From NCBI GenBank assembly GCA_026415655.1, contig JAOAGR010000004.1:134773-198772 (forward strand): a stretch of DNA of 64,000 bases. The letters run 5' to 3'. This document shows, piece after piece, positions 21,689-31,142 of the stretch. The notes under the pieces were generated by a model. That model saw only the letters and a list, made by a program, of their open reading frames with translations, had not been told where the DNA came from and did not search any database. Position numbers and translations under genes: made by a program. The DNA comes from Candidatus Dojkabacteria bacterium (lineage in GTDB: Bacteria > Patescibacteriota > Dojkabacteria > JAOAGR01). The stretch's first letter is position 1. Each line of letters opens with the position of its first letter.

Positions 21689-22301
21689 GTTCATCTAAAT
21701 CTTCTTTCCATTTGTTTTTAATAGGATCAAACCATTCAAGCCCACGAAATTGTAATTTATAAAAAGCTTTTTTGTTATGCACGCTTCCAAGGTAAATATA
21801 GTCAATCTCTGTTTTGTGGTATTCCTCTATACATTTTGTCATCATGTACATACCAAAACTAGTTTCCCAAAGTTCTTCAACATAAAAAGGATAAGCATAA
21901 TGTAATAATTTATCAGTTTTCAAACATATACAATAACCATGATTTTCATAATTTAATAATGTGTTAAATAGAAAATTTGTAGGATCTGTGAGTAACTGTT
22001 TGATGATATTGGTACTAAAAGATTCTTCTTTGTGTTTTATTGCATAAAAATCTCTAGCTATTTTGCCAATTTTCCAATCATAATTGTTTAATGGCAGGGA
22101 AATCTCTTCTATTTTGTTATTAAATTTTCGCAGAATTCTTCTATTTTCACTGGTTGGAGAATAATTTCTCAATCTAACGCGTAAACTGATTATTTTTGAT
22201 GCTATACATTTCTTGCGTGTAAGTACGTAACCATTATCATACAACTCATCAAGATCGTGATCTTTTATTTCTATATAACCAAATGATTTGTAGCTTGTCA
22301 T
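21645..22301 (-). CDS. Aminoacyl-tRNA-protein transferase (Ate/Bpt family, N-end rule)
   Basis: The C-terminal segment IDYIYLGSVHNKKAFYKLQFRGLEW matches the Bpt/ATE_C signature (YLYLGY...K..YK..FRPLE). Confidence 0.5.
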   Translation of the reverse strand: MTSYKSFGYIEIKDHDLDELYDNGYVLTRKKCIASKIISLRVRLRNYSPTSENRRILRKFNNKIEEISLPLNNYDWKIGKIARDFYAIKHKEESFSTNIIKQLLTDPTNFLFNTLLNYENHGYCICLKTDKLLHYAYPFYVEELWETSFGMYMMTKCIEEYHKTEIDYIYLGSVHNKKAFYKLQFRGLEWFDPIKNKWKEDLDELKSLVISLEQHSDM

Positions 22302-22425
22302 CGGATTATTTGGATTTTATCAGATTATAATAATTTGATTTATTGTTTCACTAATTTTATGCATTTGAATCTTTCCTATTTAACCAGATTAAATATAGAA
22401 ACAGATTATTGCGAGATTACTAAAG

Positions 22426-22453
22426 TGACCTATGGGTTAACCCATAGGTCACG
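22426..22453. repeat. Perfect 28-bp palindrome GTGACCTATGGGTTAACCCATAGGTCAC
   Basis: I checked the reverse complement directly and it is identical. The core is GGTTAACC. Confidence 0.9.
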
Positions 22454-22755
22454 AATCAATATATATTATTGTTTTATAATACAAAATTGAGATTAACGTA
22501 AATAATGTTATTGATGAATAATGAGCTACTGATAATTTGTAATTAATTGATTAATTCATCGGTAAAATATCTCGACGCTTTCTGTGTTGTGATGTAAAAA
22601 TCAATTTTTCATAAAAGATTATTGATAAACTACAAGACTTGGACAGTATGAATACTTATCTAAAAATATTTATATTTAACCACAGGATGTAGGTTTATTT
22701 AGAGGAATGTGTTAGAGTATATATTAAAGTGCGTATTAGAACTTGTATGATAGAT

Positions 22756-22779
22756 CTATGGGTTAACCCATGGGTCACA
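22756..22779. repeat. Second copy of the same palindrome family (ATCTATGGGTTAACCCATGGGTCAC, one arm mismatch)
   Basis: Direct sequence comparison with the 22426 copy. Confidence 0.85.
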
Positions 22780-22844
22780 TAATCATATTAGGAACTAATA
22801 AGTTAACATATTAGAAAATCATGAGGTAAAACTATTGGCAACCC

Positions 22845-22887
22845 ATATAGCAACCCACATAGCAACCCATAGGTTAACCTATGGGTC
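22845..22887. repeat. Three tandem roughly 12-bp iterons (CAACCCATATAG / CAACCCACATAG / CAACCCATAGG) running into the 20-bp perfect palindrome CCCATAGGTTAACCTATGGG
   Basis: Seen directly. The motif family matches the two upstream palindromes but with arm orientation swapped. It lies about 160 bp upstream of the PLD-SNF2 gene. Confidence 0.85.
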
Positions 22888-23047
22888 TTACTACTCTATA
22901 TATTTATCCTTTTATGATTTACATAATTCCCATTTTGTCTTTTTATAGTGTATTGATATATTTAAGTAGATGTGATTTTTAGCTATATAAGAAACTTATT
23001 TTTATTATAAATTTTATTGTAAAATTGAATATACCAAAATTTATTTT

Positions 23048-26000
23048 ATGGCTATACTTATCAATAAGGATGGAAAAGGTCTTGAGGAACGAATTAATGA
23101 ATTGATTTTACGGTCGGACGAGTTGAGATTTTTGGTTGGATTTTTTTATTTTTCTGGATTTCGAGAGATTTATGAAAGCATCAAGAAAAATTCACAATTA
23201 AGAGAAATAAAGGTACTTGTGGGATTAAATGTTGATGAATATAACAATGTATTAGTGGAATATGGTAAAGATTCTGAGACAATTGGCGATAACCTAAAAA
23301 GACGAGTTCAAAAGACAATTGGTCAGACCACCGAAGAAGTTATAACGGAACTTCTGAATAGCTATCGAAAGACATCTAGGCATGAGGATTGCGATACAAA
23401 AGAATTTTATGAAAGTGCGAAACTTTTTTTGGATCTGTTAAGACAATCAAAATTATTAATAAGAAAAACAAAAGAACCGAATCATTCGAAGTTATATTTG
23501 TTTCATCTAATAAATAATACTCCTCCAAATATTGCTATCTTGGGCAGTAGTAATCTGACTAAATCTGGACTCTCTGAAAATTCGGAATTGAATGTAGAAA
23601 TTAGAGATGATGATTATCTGGAAAAGTTAGTTGAGTATTTTGATGAACAATGGATAAATTCGATAGATCTAAATGGAGATGATACTAAACAGAGAATTAT
23701 TGATGTTATAGAGAATAACTCACCGATAAAATCTATTACTCCGTTTGAGGCTTATATTTATATTTTATACCTTTATTATAAAAACAACTTTGTGCATTCA
23801 GATAAAGATGATGAATTAAATAGTTTTTTAGAAAAGAAAGGATATAAACCATTCAAATTTCAATTAGATGCGGTCAATCAAGCTTGCCAGATATTGAATG
23901 AACATAATGGTGTCATATTGGCTGATGTTGTAGGTCTTGGTAAAAGTATAATTGCCTGTTTGATAGGTAAAAAAATAAAATTAAGGGGTATCGTCATAGC
24001 GCCGCCAGGACTCATCGGTGATATAGAGCTAAAAACATCAGGATGGGCAAAATATCTCAATGATTTTGAATTGTATGACTGGGAGATTTTTTCTGCTGGG
24101 AAGCTGGATCAAGCACTGGAGCGGGTCAAGAGTGAAAACTTTGACATAGTGGTGGTAGATGAAGCTCATCGGTTTAGAAATGAAAATACAGAAAGTTATA
24201 CTTATCTACAGTCTATTTGTAGAGGTAAAAAAGTTGTCTTACTCACTGCGACACCATTCAATAACAACCCGTCAGATGTTTTTTCTTATCTGAAGCTTTT
24301 TACCATACCTAAAAAGTCAACGTTGACCGCGAATGGAGATCTTGAGTCAGAATTTCGAGAGATGGAAGATAAGTATCAAAAATTTACGCGTATTTTGAAG
24401 GGTAAGGATAAAGATAAAGATAAAGATAAAGATAAATCGCTAGAAATTTATAAGAAATTATTTCAAGGGGAGAGATATATAGATAATGAAAAATTGAAAA
24501 ATGAATTAAAAAATATATCAATGCGTATAAAGGGAATAATTCAAAAGGTATTGATACGCAGAAATAGAATAGATCTAAAAAATAATCCCTATTATAAAGA
24601 TGAAATCAAGGAATTACCTGTTGTCCATTCACCAAGAGAATGTTTTTTTACTTTGAATAAGGAATTGGATGGTTTTTATGATGATGTACTAAAAGAATAC
24701 TTCGCGGAAGATGGAGTCTTTAAGGGAGCGGTATATAGACCTGATAGATATAAAAAAAAGTATCAGAGCCAAAAACTTATTGAAAATACGACCAACGATC
24801 CCGTATCAGAGATAGCACCTCAGTATAACCTCTATGACTTTATGCGTAGGTTACTTGTGAAAAGATTTGAAAGTTCACTTTTTGCGTTTTACAGAAGCTT
24901 AGAAAATTTTATTAATTTTTATCAAAAGTGTCTTGATTCTATCAACAAAACAAATAGATTTATCTATAACCGTAGCGTGATCGAAGACATTTTGAGAATG
25001 GATATAGATAGTATTGATGAGACTGAACTTAATGAGCGATTGACAAAGATATTGGAGGAAAATGGCGTAGATAAAGAGGACATATATCCCATTGAAAATA
25101 TGCAGGATAGCTTTATTGACGACATAACTAGTGATATTCGACTTTTGGTAGATGTCAAGGATCGACTGGATAAATTGGCAGTGATGGGGAATAATGATCC
25201 AAAAATTTTCGCCCTAAGAGAAAATCTTGATAAAATTTTGAAGCAAGGGGAAAAAGCAATCATCTTTACTGAGTTTGTGGATACTGTCAAATATCTTGCT
25301 GAGAACTTAAATGGTTATAGGATATTTGCAGTGACTGAGAAACCTACAAGACATATATATCAGCAGATCCTTGAGAATTTTGACGCATCGTATCCAAAAG
25401 ATAGGCAGATAAGTGATTTTGATATATTGATTGTTACGGATCGTTTTTCTGAGGGATACAATCTGAATCGTGCTAATCATGTGTTTAATTTTGACATTCC
25501 GTGGAATCCTGTACGTGTTATACAGAGGTTAGGTAGGATCAACCGTATCGGTACTACGCCATATAAAAATCTTTATATATATAATTTTTTTCCAACAACC
25601 AGAGGTGAAGAACAGATAAATCTAAGAAGAACAGCTGAAACGAAGATGTTTATGATACATCGGTGTTTAGTCGAAGATGCAAAGATCTTTTCGGAAGAAG
25701 AGGAACCTACGCCATCCGAGCTTTATAAGAGATTAAATCAAAACCCGGAGGAGTTGGGTGAAGAAGAGTCATTACTTACTAAAGTATCTAAAATCTTGAA
25801 TAGTCATAAAGATGTACAGAGAAAGGTCGAGGATCTACCGCGTTATATCAAGGTTGCTAAGAAATATACGGAAAATAATCTAGTACTAACTGTACAAAGG
25901 GCAAACGGTCTTTACTTTTTTATCAATAACAAAGAACATCCTGTCTCATTGGATGAGGTAATAAAATATATCGAATGTGATCCGGACGAACCTAGATACG

Positions 26001-26428
26001 AATTATCAAATGATTTTTGGACCAATTATCAAAACCTGAAAGACTCGTACCAGAAGTATGCGCATAATCGGTCAGATAAAAGGGATACTAGCACAAGGGG
26101 GGCATTGTCTGATAAAGAAAGAGCAATAAATGTACTCAGGGAGATAATTTCAAAAAACCCCAACTGGTTAGATGAAGATCTCCGAAATTTTCTGGAAAAT
26201 ATTTTGGAGGATCTGATAGAGTACTCGACACTACCCAAAAGGATTGTAAATAGGATCGCTTCTATTAAGCCAAGTAAATTAGCCCATGACAAAAATGCAA
26301 TGTTAAAGATTTTTGAAGAGATCCGTCGTTTTATCAGTCTGGATTATTTTGCGAATGTGATCGAAAGATCCAAACAGACAAAAAGTGAAATTATAATTTG
26401 TATAGAAAATCAGTACCATGGAGGATAA
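23048..26428 (+). CDS. Fusion protein: N-terminal PLD-family (HKD) nuclease domain plus SNF2-family helicase. It resembles DISARM DrmC and DrmD combined
   Basis: The HKD motif is HSKLYLFHLINNTPPNIAILGSSNLTKSG (HxK...GSxN). SNF2 motif I is ILADVVGLGKSIIA and motif II is VVVDEAHRFRN. The helicase C-terminal domain motif VI reads QRLGRINRIGT. The protein is 1126 aa. An in-frame (GATAAA)n microsatellite encodes KDKDKDKDKDK at 24404-24436. Confidence 0.8.
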   Translation: MAILINKDGKGLEERINELILRSDELRFLVGFFYFSGFREIYESIKKNSQLREIKVLVGLNVDEYNNVLVEYGKDSETIGDNLKRRVQKTIGQTTEEVITELLNSYRKTSRHEDCDTKEFYESAKLFLDLLRQSKLLIRKTKEPNHSKLYLFHLINNTPPNIAILGSSNLTKSGLSENSELNVEIRDDDYLEKLVEYFDEQWINSIDLNGDDTKQRIIDVIENNSPIKSITPFEAYIYILYLYYKNNFVHSDKDDELNSFLEKKGYKPFKFQLDAVNQACQILNEHNGVILADVVGLGKSIIACLIGKKIKLRGIVIAPPGLIGDIELKTSGWAKYLNDFELYDWEIFSAGKLDQALERVKSENFDIVVVDEAHRFRNENTESYTYLQSICRGKKVVLLTATPFNNNPSDVFSYLKLFTIPKKSTLTANGDLESEFREMEDKYQKFTRILKGKDKDKDKDKDKSLEIYKKLFQGERYIDNEKLKNELKNISMRIKGIIQKVLIRRNRIDLKNNPYYKDEIKELPVVHSPRECFFTLNKELDGFYDDVLKEYFAEDGVFKGAVYRPDRYKKKYQSQKLIENTTNDPVSEIAPQYNLYDFMRRLLVKRFESSLFAFYRSLENFINFYQKCLDSINKTNRFIYNRSVIEDILRMDIDSIDETELNERLTKILEENGVDKEDIYPIENMQDSFIDDITSDIRLLVDVKDRLDKLAVMGNNDPKIFALRENLDKILKQGEKAIIFTEFVDTVKYLAENLNGYRIFAVTEKPTRHIYQQILENFDASYPKDRQISDFDILIVTDRFSEGYNLNRANHVFNFDIPWNPVRVIQRLGRINRIGTTPYKNLYIYNFFPTTRGEEQINLRRTAETKMFMIHRCLVEDAKIFSEEEEPTPSELYKRLNQNPEELGEEESLLTKVSKILNSHKDVQRKVEDLPRYIKVAKKYTENNLVLTVQRANGLYFFINNKEHPVSLDEVIKYIECDPDEPRYELSNDFWTNYQNLKDSYQKYAHNRSDKRDTSTRGALSDKERAINVLREIISKNPNWLDEDLRNFLENILEDLIEYSTLPKRIVNRIASIKPSKLAHDKNAMLKIFEEIRRFISLDYFANVIERSKQTKSEIIICIENQYHGG

Positions 26429-27122
26429 AAACCAACAAATATTAGAAAATTTTATACATGCTAAGAGTTTTTATGATATTTCCAGGTCATTTATTGATTT
26501 TATTACTGGGAAGACTTCTAATTTTGTTGATTGTAAAAATGAAATAGAAGTATTTGGATATAAGGTCTATCAAATAGGATCAATAGAAGTGGGCAGAAAT
26601 GAGTATATACCGATATTTATTATTGAATTAAGAGAACTAAGCGAAAGAACATCAAGAAAACATCAGTTTGAATTGGGAAAAACAATATTGCGTGGAGAAT
26701 ACTTGTATATAGCTGGTATATTTATATTTTATGATAAAAACGGCAATAAAAGAATAAGTTATATAGAAAAGATATATAAAGATGGTAAGGAACTTTATAC
26801 AACATTTAAGAGATATACCTTCTTCATAAGTGAAAGCCAGACTAATAAAACCTTTCTAAGGCAATTTGCCAGTGGTGATTTTACTAAACAAAAAAGTATA
26901 AGGGAAATCTTTAGTGTAGAAAAAGTAACAAAACAATTTTATCAAGAGATTTCAAGCTGGTATTTTTGGGCACTGAGTCATGTGCGTTTTACAGATGATG
27001 CAGAGAATGAAAAAAATGGCCGCGAGATAGGGATCATTCGTTTTATAACTAGAATAATCTTTGTTTGGTTCATGCGTGAAAAAGGCCTTGTACCAAAGGA
27101 TTTATTTGATTTTAACAAGTAG
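26418..27122 (+). CDS. N-terminal segment of a PglX/DrmMI/MmeI-family adenine methyltransferase, ended by an in-frame TAG
   Basis: It ends in ...IIRFITRIIFVWFMREKGLVPKDLFDFNK*. The downstream ORF is in the same frame and continues the conserved N-terminal region (QNVLKTLDDNESTYYRAILQNLFFATLNTP). The start overlaps the stop of the PLD-SNF2 gene. Confidence 0.6.
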   Translation: MEDKNQQILENFIHAKSFYDISRSFIDFITGKTSNFVDCKNEIEVFGYKVYQIGSIEVGRNEYIPIFIIELRELSERTSRKHQFELGKTILRGEYLYIAGIFIFYDKNGNKRISYIEKIYKDGKELYTTFKRYTFFISESQTNKTFLRQFASGDFTKQKSIREIFSVEKVTKQFYQEISSWYFWALSHVRFTDDAENEKNGREIGIIRFITRIIFVWFMREKGLVPKDLFDFNK

Positions 27123-27140
27123 CAAAATGTATTAAAGACA

Positions 27141-30100
27141 TTGGACGACAATGAAAGTACTTATTATAGGGCTATTTTGCAAAATCTATTTTTTGCGACA
27201 CTAAATACACCTATATCTGAAAGAAAGTTTAGAAAAGAGGAAAGTTTTCATGGGGTAAACGAGCATTACATGAATCATACGTATTTTAGATTTCATGATT
27301 ATTTCAAAAATCCTGATGATATGTTGAACCTGTTTGGGAATATACCTTTTTTGAACGGTGGACTTTTTGAGTGCCTGGATAAAAGGGCAGATGATCCTGA
27401 TAATTACACAGGCAAAGAGATAAGAATAGATGGCTTTTCTGATGTCAAAAGTAAGCAGGTGACATTTCCTAATATTTTGTTCTTTTCTGATGAGGTGACG
27501 GTAGGTCTTGATGAGTTTTTTCCGGATTCGAAAGATAAAAAGAGATATAACGGTGTAAAAATACGAGGACTGATCAATATATTATCTTCATACAAATTTA
27601 CTATTGATGAGAATACTTTGAATGATGAAGAGGTGGCATTGGATCCTGAGCTTTTGGGAAATATCTTTGAGAACCTACTTGCGGCTTATAACCCTGAGAC
27701 TGCTGCAACAGCTCGCAAGGCTACAGGTAGTTATTATACGCCACGAGTTATTGTAGACTACATGGTTACAGAATCTCTGAAAGAATATCTTACCACGCAA
27801 TTTTCTCAACATTATGGGATAGATCAAATGGAAGATTTTAAAGAGAAATTAGAAACACTATTTTCAAGTGAGCATGAAGAAAATCCATTTGATGAGGGAA
27901 TAACCGATTTTTTAATACAAAAAATCAACAAGATAAAAATCATAGATCCTGCCGTGGGTTCCGGAGCTTTTCCGATGGGTATGTTGCACAAGCTGGTTTT
28001 TTTACTGAGTAAATTGGACCCCCATAATGAAAGATGGAAAAGAGAACAGATAGCAATAGTTGAGAAAATAACAGACCCTAAACTAAGACAGAAAATTATT
28101 CAAAAGATTGAGGAGAATTTTCAGCATAATGAACTCGACTATGGGCGAAAATTATATCTAATACAGAATTGCCTTTATGGCGTGGACATTCAGCCCATTG
28201 CTATTCAGATTGCTAAGCTGAGATTTTTTATTTCGTTACTGGTGGATGAAAAATCAAATAACAATAAAGATGAAAACTTTGGCATAGAACCCCTGCCAAA
28301 TCTGGAAACTAAATTGGTAGCGGCTAATACTTTGGTTGCATTACCACAGGAACCCTATCAATGTCTTAAAATGGACGAAATAATTCGTTTAGAAAAAGAT
28401 TTGTTTGAGGTGAGAAATAGTTATTTTACTGCTAATACTCAGAAAGAAAAAAGTAAAATCCAAAAAGAGGATAGAGAGATACGAAATAAATTGAAAAAAC
28501 TCATTGAGGACTATGTGAGCGATAACAAAAACGAATTAAATAAATTGCAAAATGAATTGGAGCAATTACCTGTAAGACTAGAATATGTAGAAGAACGTAC
28601 GCTATTGGAAACTAAAAAAGTCAAAAAAGATGTAAATGAGGAAAAAAGAAACGCACTGATGAATAAAATTAGGGATTTAGAAAACAAAATAAAGGCTGAT
28701 GAGATACTTTTGGAAAGATATAGAAAAGTTGCTGAATACAATATTTTTAATCCTCATATCTCGGAGGTTTGGTTTGATCCTGAGTGGATGTTTGGGGTTG
28801 AGGTAGGTGATGACAAGATTGTTAACAAAGATAAAGATGTATTTGCTTACCATATTACATGGTCAACACATAATAGTAGACGAAAAGAAGATTATGAGCC
28901 GTCAAATACCGAAGGTTATGCACCGGTTTTGTTAAGTTGTGAGGAAAGAAAATATGTTACTAAAATATTAGCCCAAAGAATAGTAAATAAACGATATCGA
29001 GTGCTAGCTCTAAATGTATTAGATGACCATGTACATTTGTTACTAGTTTGTGGGGAAAATGAAATTACAAAAATAGTTGGAGACTTGAAAGGATTTAGTT
29101 CGTATGCCATGTCTCATCTCAACGCAGACGAGGTGCAGAATAGAGAGATGAATTATGGGATCAAAATGACTCAAGGGTTAACTCTTAAGTCATTATCTAA
29201 ATCTGAACGAAAACAAGATTTCGTGACTCTGACTCGTGGGGTAACTTCAGAGTCAATACACGCAACTCCCAAGTCACTAAATGTAATTCCTGAGTCGATA
29301 TGTAATTCCAAATCTGGCGAGTATATTGGGACTGTGACTGAGGGGTTAACCTCAGAGTCAATACACGCGACTCCCAAGTCGCTAAATATAATTCCTGAGT
29401 CGATATGTAATTCCAAATCTGGCGAGTGTATTGGGACTGTGACTGAGGGGTTAACCCCTCAGTCAACAAGCCAATCTTCTCAGTCAACAAGCCAATCTCC
29501 TCAGTCAACAAGCCAATCTCCCCAGTCAACAAGCCAATCTCCTCAGTCAACAAACCAATCTCCTCAGTCAATAAACCAACCTCTCCAGTCAATAAACCAA
29601 TCTCCTTATTCAACAAACCAACCTTCTCAGTCATTAGATCCAACACCTCAGTCATCAGATCTGAATCCTCATTCTAATCGGATATCAATTAATCATTCAT
29701 TTGAAGCTGAAGATATGTACTGTTCAAGTATGCCAGCATACAATGATGGTACAATTTCCAAACTTTGGGCACGTAAATTTGGAAAGGCATTAATTCGTAG
29801 TGAGAAGCATATTGTCAATGCTATCGAATATATCCAAAACAATCATTTGAAGCATAATTTGCCTGAAGTTGATCCTGCGTTATATGAATATGCTCTTACT
29901 TCTTTTGATGATGCATTTAAGAATTTTGTTGTTTCGAAAGGATTTGATATTGTGATTGGAAATCCTCCGTATGTGCAATTACAAAAGGCTTATGACAGCA
30001 GAAATAAATATGCTGATCTCTACAAGAATCAAAATTTTGAAACTTTTGATAGAACCGGAGATTTGTATTGTTTGTTTTATGAAAAAGGAATCCAACTACT

Positions 30101-31142
30101 AAGACAATCAGGCCTCTTGTGTTATATCACTTCGAATAAATGGATGCGTGCAGGATATGGTGAAAAGTTAAGAAATTTCTTTACACAGTATAATCCAAGA
30201 ATTTTGATAGACCTGGGACCTAATGTTTTTGAAAATGCAACGGTTGATACAAATATTTTAATCATCCGAAAAGAACAAAACAAGAATGAGCTTAAAGCAG
30301 TAACAATTAGTGAATCAAAAAAAGATGGGATTGATTTTGCCGATATTTTACAAAAACAAGGCGTTACCGTAACTAAATTAAAACAAGATGCCTGGTTTAT
30401 AGGCAGTGATGCAGAACAAAGCCTGAAAGAAAAAATAGAACGCATCGGCAAACCACTAAAAGATTGGGATGTAAAAATTTATCGTGGAATATTAACTGGC
30501 TTAAACGAAGCCTTTATCATTGACAGTAAAAAGCGAGAAGAGATTCTTGCCAATTGTAGAGATGAAGATGAACGCCGACGCACCGAAGCTATCATAAAAC
30601 CAATTTTGCGTGGCAGGGACATCAAACGGTATTACTACGAGTGGGCGGGGCTGTGGGTGATAATTGCAAAATTTGGCTTCTACAAAGAAGCTCATTTATA
30701 CCCTGCTATAATCAATCATTTATCAAAATACGAGACTCAATTAAAACAAAGAGGGCAATGTCAATATACAAGACAAGGAGCAAAACTAAAAAATCCCGAC
30801 TTTCTCGGACAACATCATTGGCTTGAATTAGATAATAACCCACAAGATTCTTATTTAACTGAGTTTGAGAAGGAGAAGGTGGTGGGGCAAAGAATAACAC
30901 AAGAACCTACGTTTTGTTTAGTTGAACCAAATATCTTAATTCTTGATAGTATGGCATTTTTTACGGGTGAAAATTTAATGTATATTATGGCTATTCTTAA
31001 TTCAAAACTGATTTATAATTATGTAGAAATGATAGTTCATCAGTATGGTTATACAGGTTTTAGATTATCAAATCAGTATGTTGAAATGATGCCCCTTCCC
31101 CCCCATCACTCCATCCAATCAGTCCATAGTAAATCAGATTGA
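27141..31142 (+). CDS. Gamma-class N6-adenine DNA methyltransferase of the PglX/DrmMI/MmeI (Eco57I-like) family, carrying a roughly 570-aa in-frame insertion. The true C-terminus continues to 31305 after a C7 frameshift
   Basis: The NGGLFE motif is present. Motif X is ATGSYYTPRVIVDYMV and motif I is IIDPAVGSGAFPMGML, followed by YGVDIQPIAIQIAKLRF. About 670 aa later comes motif IV, FDIVIGNPPYVQ, then motifs V-VIII (DLYCLFYEKG...LLCYITSNKWM...FENATVDTNILIIRK). The family C-terminal tail IDELVYKLYELTDEEIRQVEERI is encoded at 31144-31305, in the +1 frame past a C7 run at 31098-31104. Confidence 0.8.
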   Translation: MDDNESTYYRAILQNLFFATLNTPISERKFRKEESFHGVNEHYMNHTYFRFHDYFKNPDDMLNLFGNIPFLNGGLFECLDKRADDPDNYTGKEIRIDGFSDVKSKQVTFPNILFFSDEVTVGLDEFFPDSKDKKRYNGVKIRGLINILSSYKFTIDENTLNDEEVALDPELLGNIFENLLAAYNPETAATARKATGSYYTPRVIVDYMVTESLKEYLTTQFSQHYGIDQMEDFKEKLETLFSSEHEENPFDEGITDFLIQKINKIKIIDPAVGSGAFPMGMLHKLVFLLSKLDPHNERWKREQIAIVEKITDPKLRQKIIQKIEENFQHNELDYGRKLYLIQNCLYGVDIQPIAIQIAKLRFFISLLVDEKSNNNKDENFGIEPLPNLETKLVAANTLVALPQEPYQCLKMDEIIRLEKDLFEVRNSYFTANTQKEKSKIQKEDREIRNKLKKLIEDYVSDNKNELNKLQNELEQLPVRLEYVEERTLLETKKVKKDVNEEKRNALMNKIRDLENKIKADEILLERYRKVAEYNIFNPHISEVWFDPEWMFGVEVGDDKIVNKDKDVFAYHITWSTHNSRRKEDYEPSNTEGYAPVLLSCEERKYVTKILAQRIVNKRYRVLALNVLDDHVHLLLVCGENEITKIVGDLKGFSSYAMSHLNADEVQNREMNYGIKMTQGLTLKSLSKSERKQDFVTLTRGVTSESIHATPKSLNVIPESICNSKSGEYIGTVTEGLTSESIHATPKSLNIIPESICNSKSGECIGTVTEGLTPQSTSQSSQSTSQSPQSTSQSPQSTSQSPQSTNQSPQSINQPLQSINQSPYSTNQPSQSLDPTPQSSDLNPHSNRISINHSFEAEDMYCSSMPAYNDGTISKLWARKFGKALIRSEKHIVNAIEYIQNNHLKHNLPEVDPALYEYALTSFDDAFKNFVVSKGFDIVIGNPPYVQLQKAYDSRNKYADLYKNQNFETFDRTGDLYCLFYEKGIQLLRQSGLLCYITSNKWMRAGYGEKLRNFFTQYNPRILIDLGPNVFENATVDTNILIIRKEQNKNELKAVTISESKKDGIDFADILQKQGVTVTKLKQDAWFIGSDAEQSLKEKIERIGKPLKDWDVKIYRGILTGLNEAFIIDSKKREEILANCRDEDERRRTEAIIKPILRGRDIKRYYYEWAGLWVIIAKFGFYKEAHLYPAIINHLSKYETQLKQRGQCQYTRQGAKLKNPDFLGQHHWLELDNNPQDSYLTEFEKEKVVGQRITQEPTFCLVEPNILILDSMAFFTGENLMYIMAILNSKLIYNYVEMIVHQYGYTGFRLSNQYVEMMPLPPHHSIQSVHSKSD
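29223..29438. repeat. Two tandem roughly 105/111-bp direct repeats inside the methyltransferase ORF, each starting with a GGGGTTAAC(C) palindromic element
   Basis: The unit encodes TLTRGVTSESIHATPKSLNVIPESICNSKSGEYIGTV twice. A perfect 24-bp palindrome GACTGAGGGGTTAACCCCTCAGTC sits at 29438-29461, and an imperfect copy is at 29169-29190. Confidence 0.85.
29460..29669. repeat. About 10 tandem 21-bp repeats (CAGTCAACAAGCCAATCTCCT and variants) encoding (P)QSTSQS heptads
   Basis: Seen directly. The repeat is in frame (21 nt = 7 codons) and produces long spurious ORFs on the opposite strand. Confidence 0.85.

Larger units (their letters stand above)
28836..29860 (+). other. IS200/IS605 TnpA / RAYT-like HUH domain embedded in frame within the methyltransferase, itself split by tandem repeats
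   Basis: The N part, DVFAYHITWSTHNSRR...LDDHVHLLLVCGENEITKIVGDLKGFSSYAMSHL, carries the HuH motif and resembles IS200 TnpA (YHCVW...RR...PDHVHL...KGRSA). The C part, LWARKFGKALIRSEKHIVNAIEYIQNNHLKH, aligns with the RAYT sequence LWQRSYWDRIVRDEQEYLNIREYIINNPLKW. The catalytic Tyr position is occupied by Phe (RSY to RKF). Confidence 0.6.

Noticed and set aside
29171-29655. Minus-strand ORFs of 81 and 152 aa with repetitive GLLTEEIGLLT sequence
   Set aside because: They are artefacts of the palindromic and tandem-repeat DNA inside the methyltransferase ORF. The sense-strand ORF is the conserved one.
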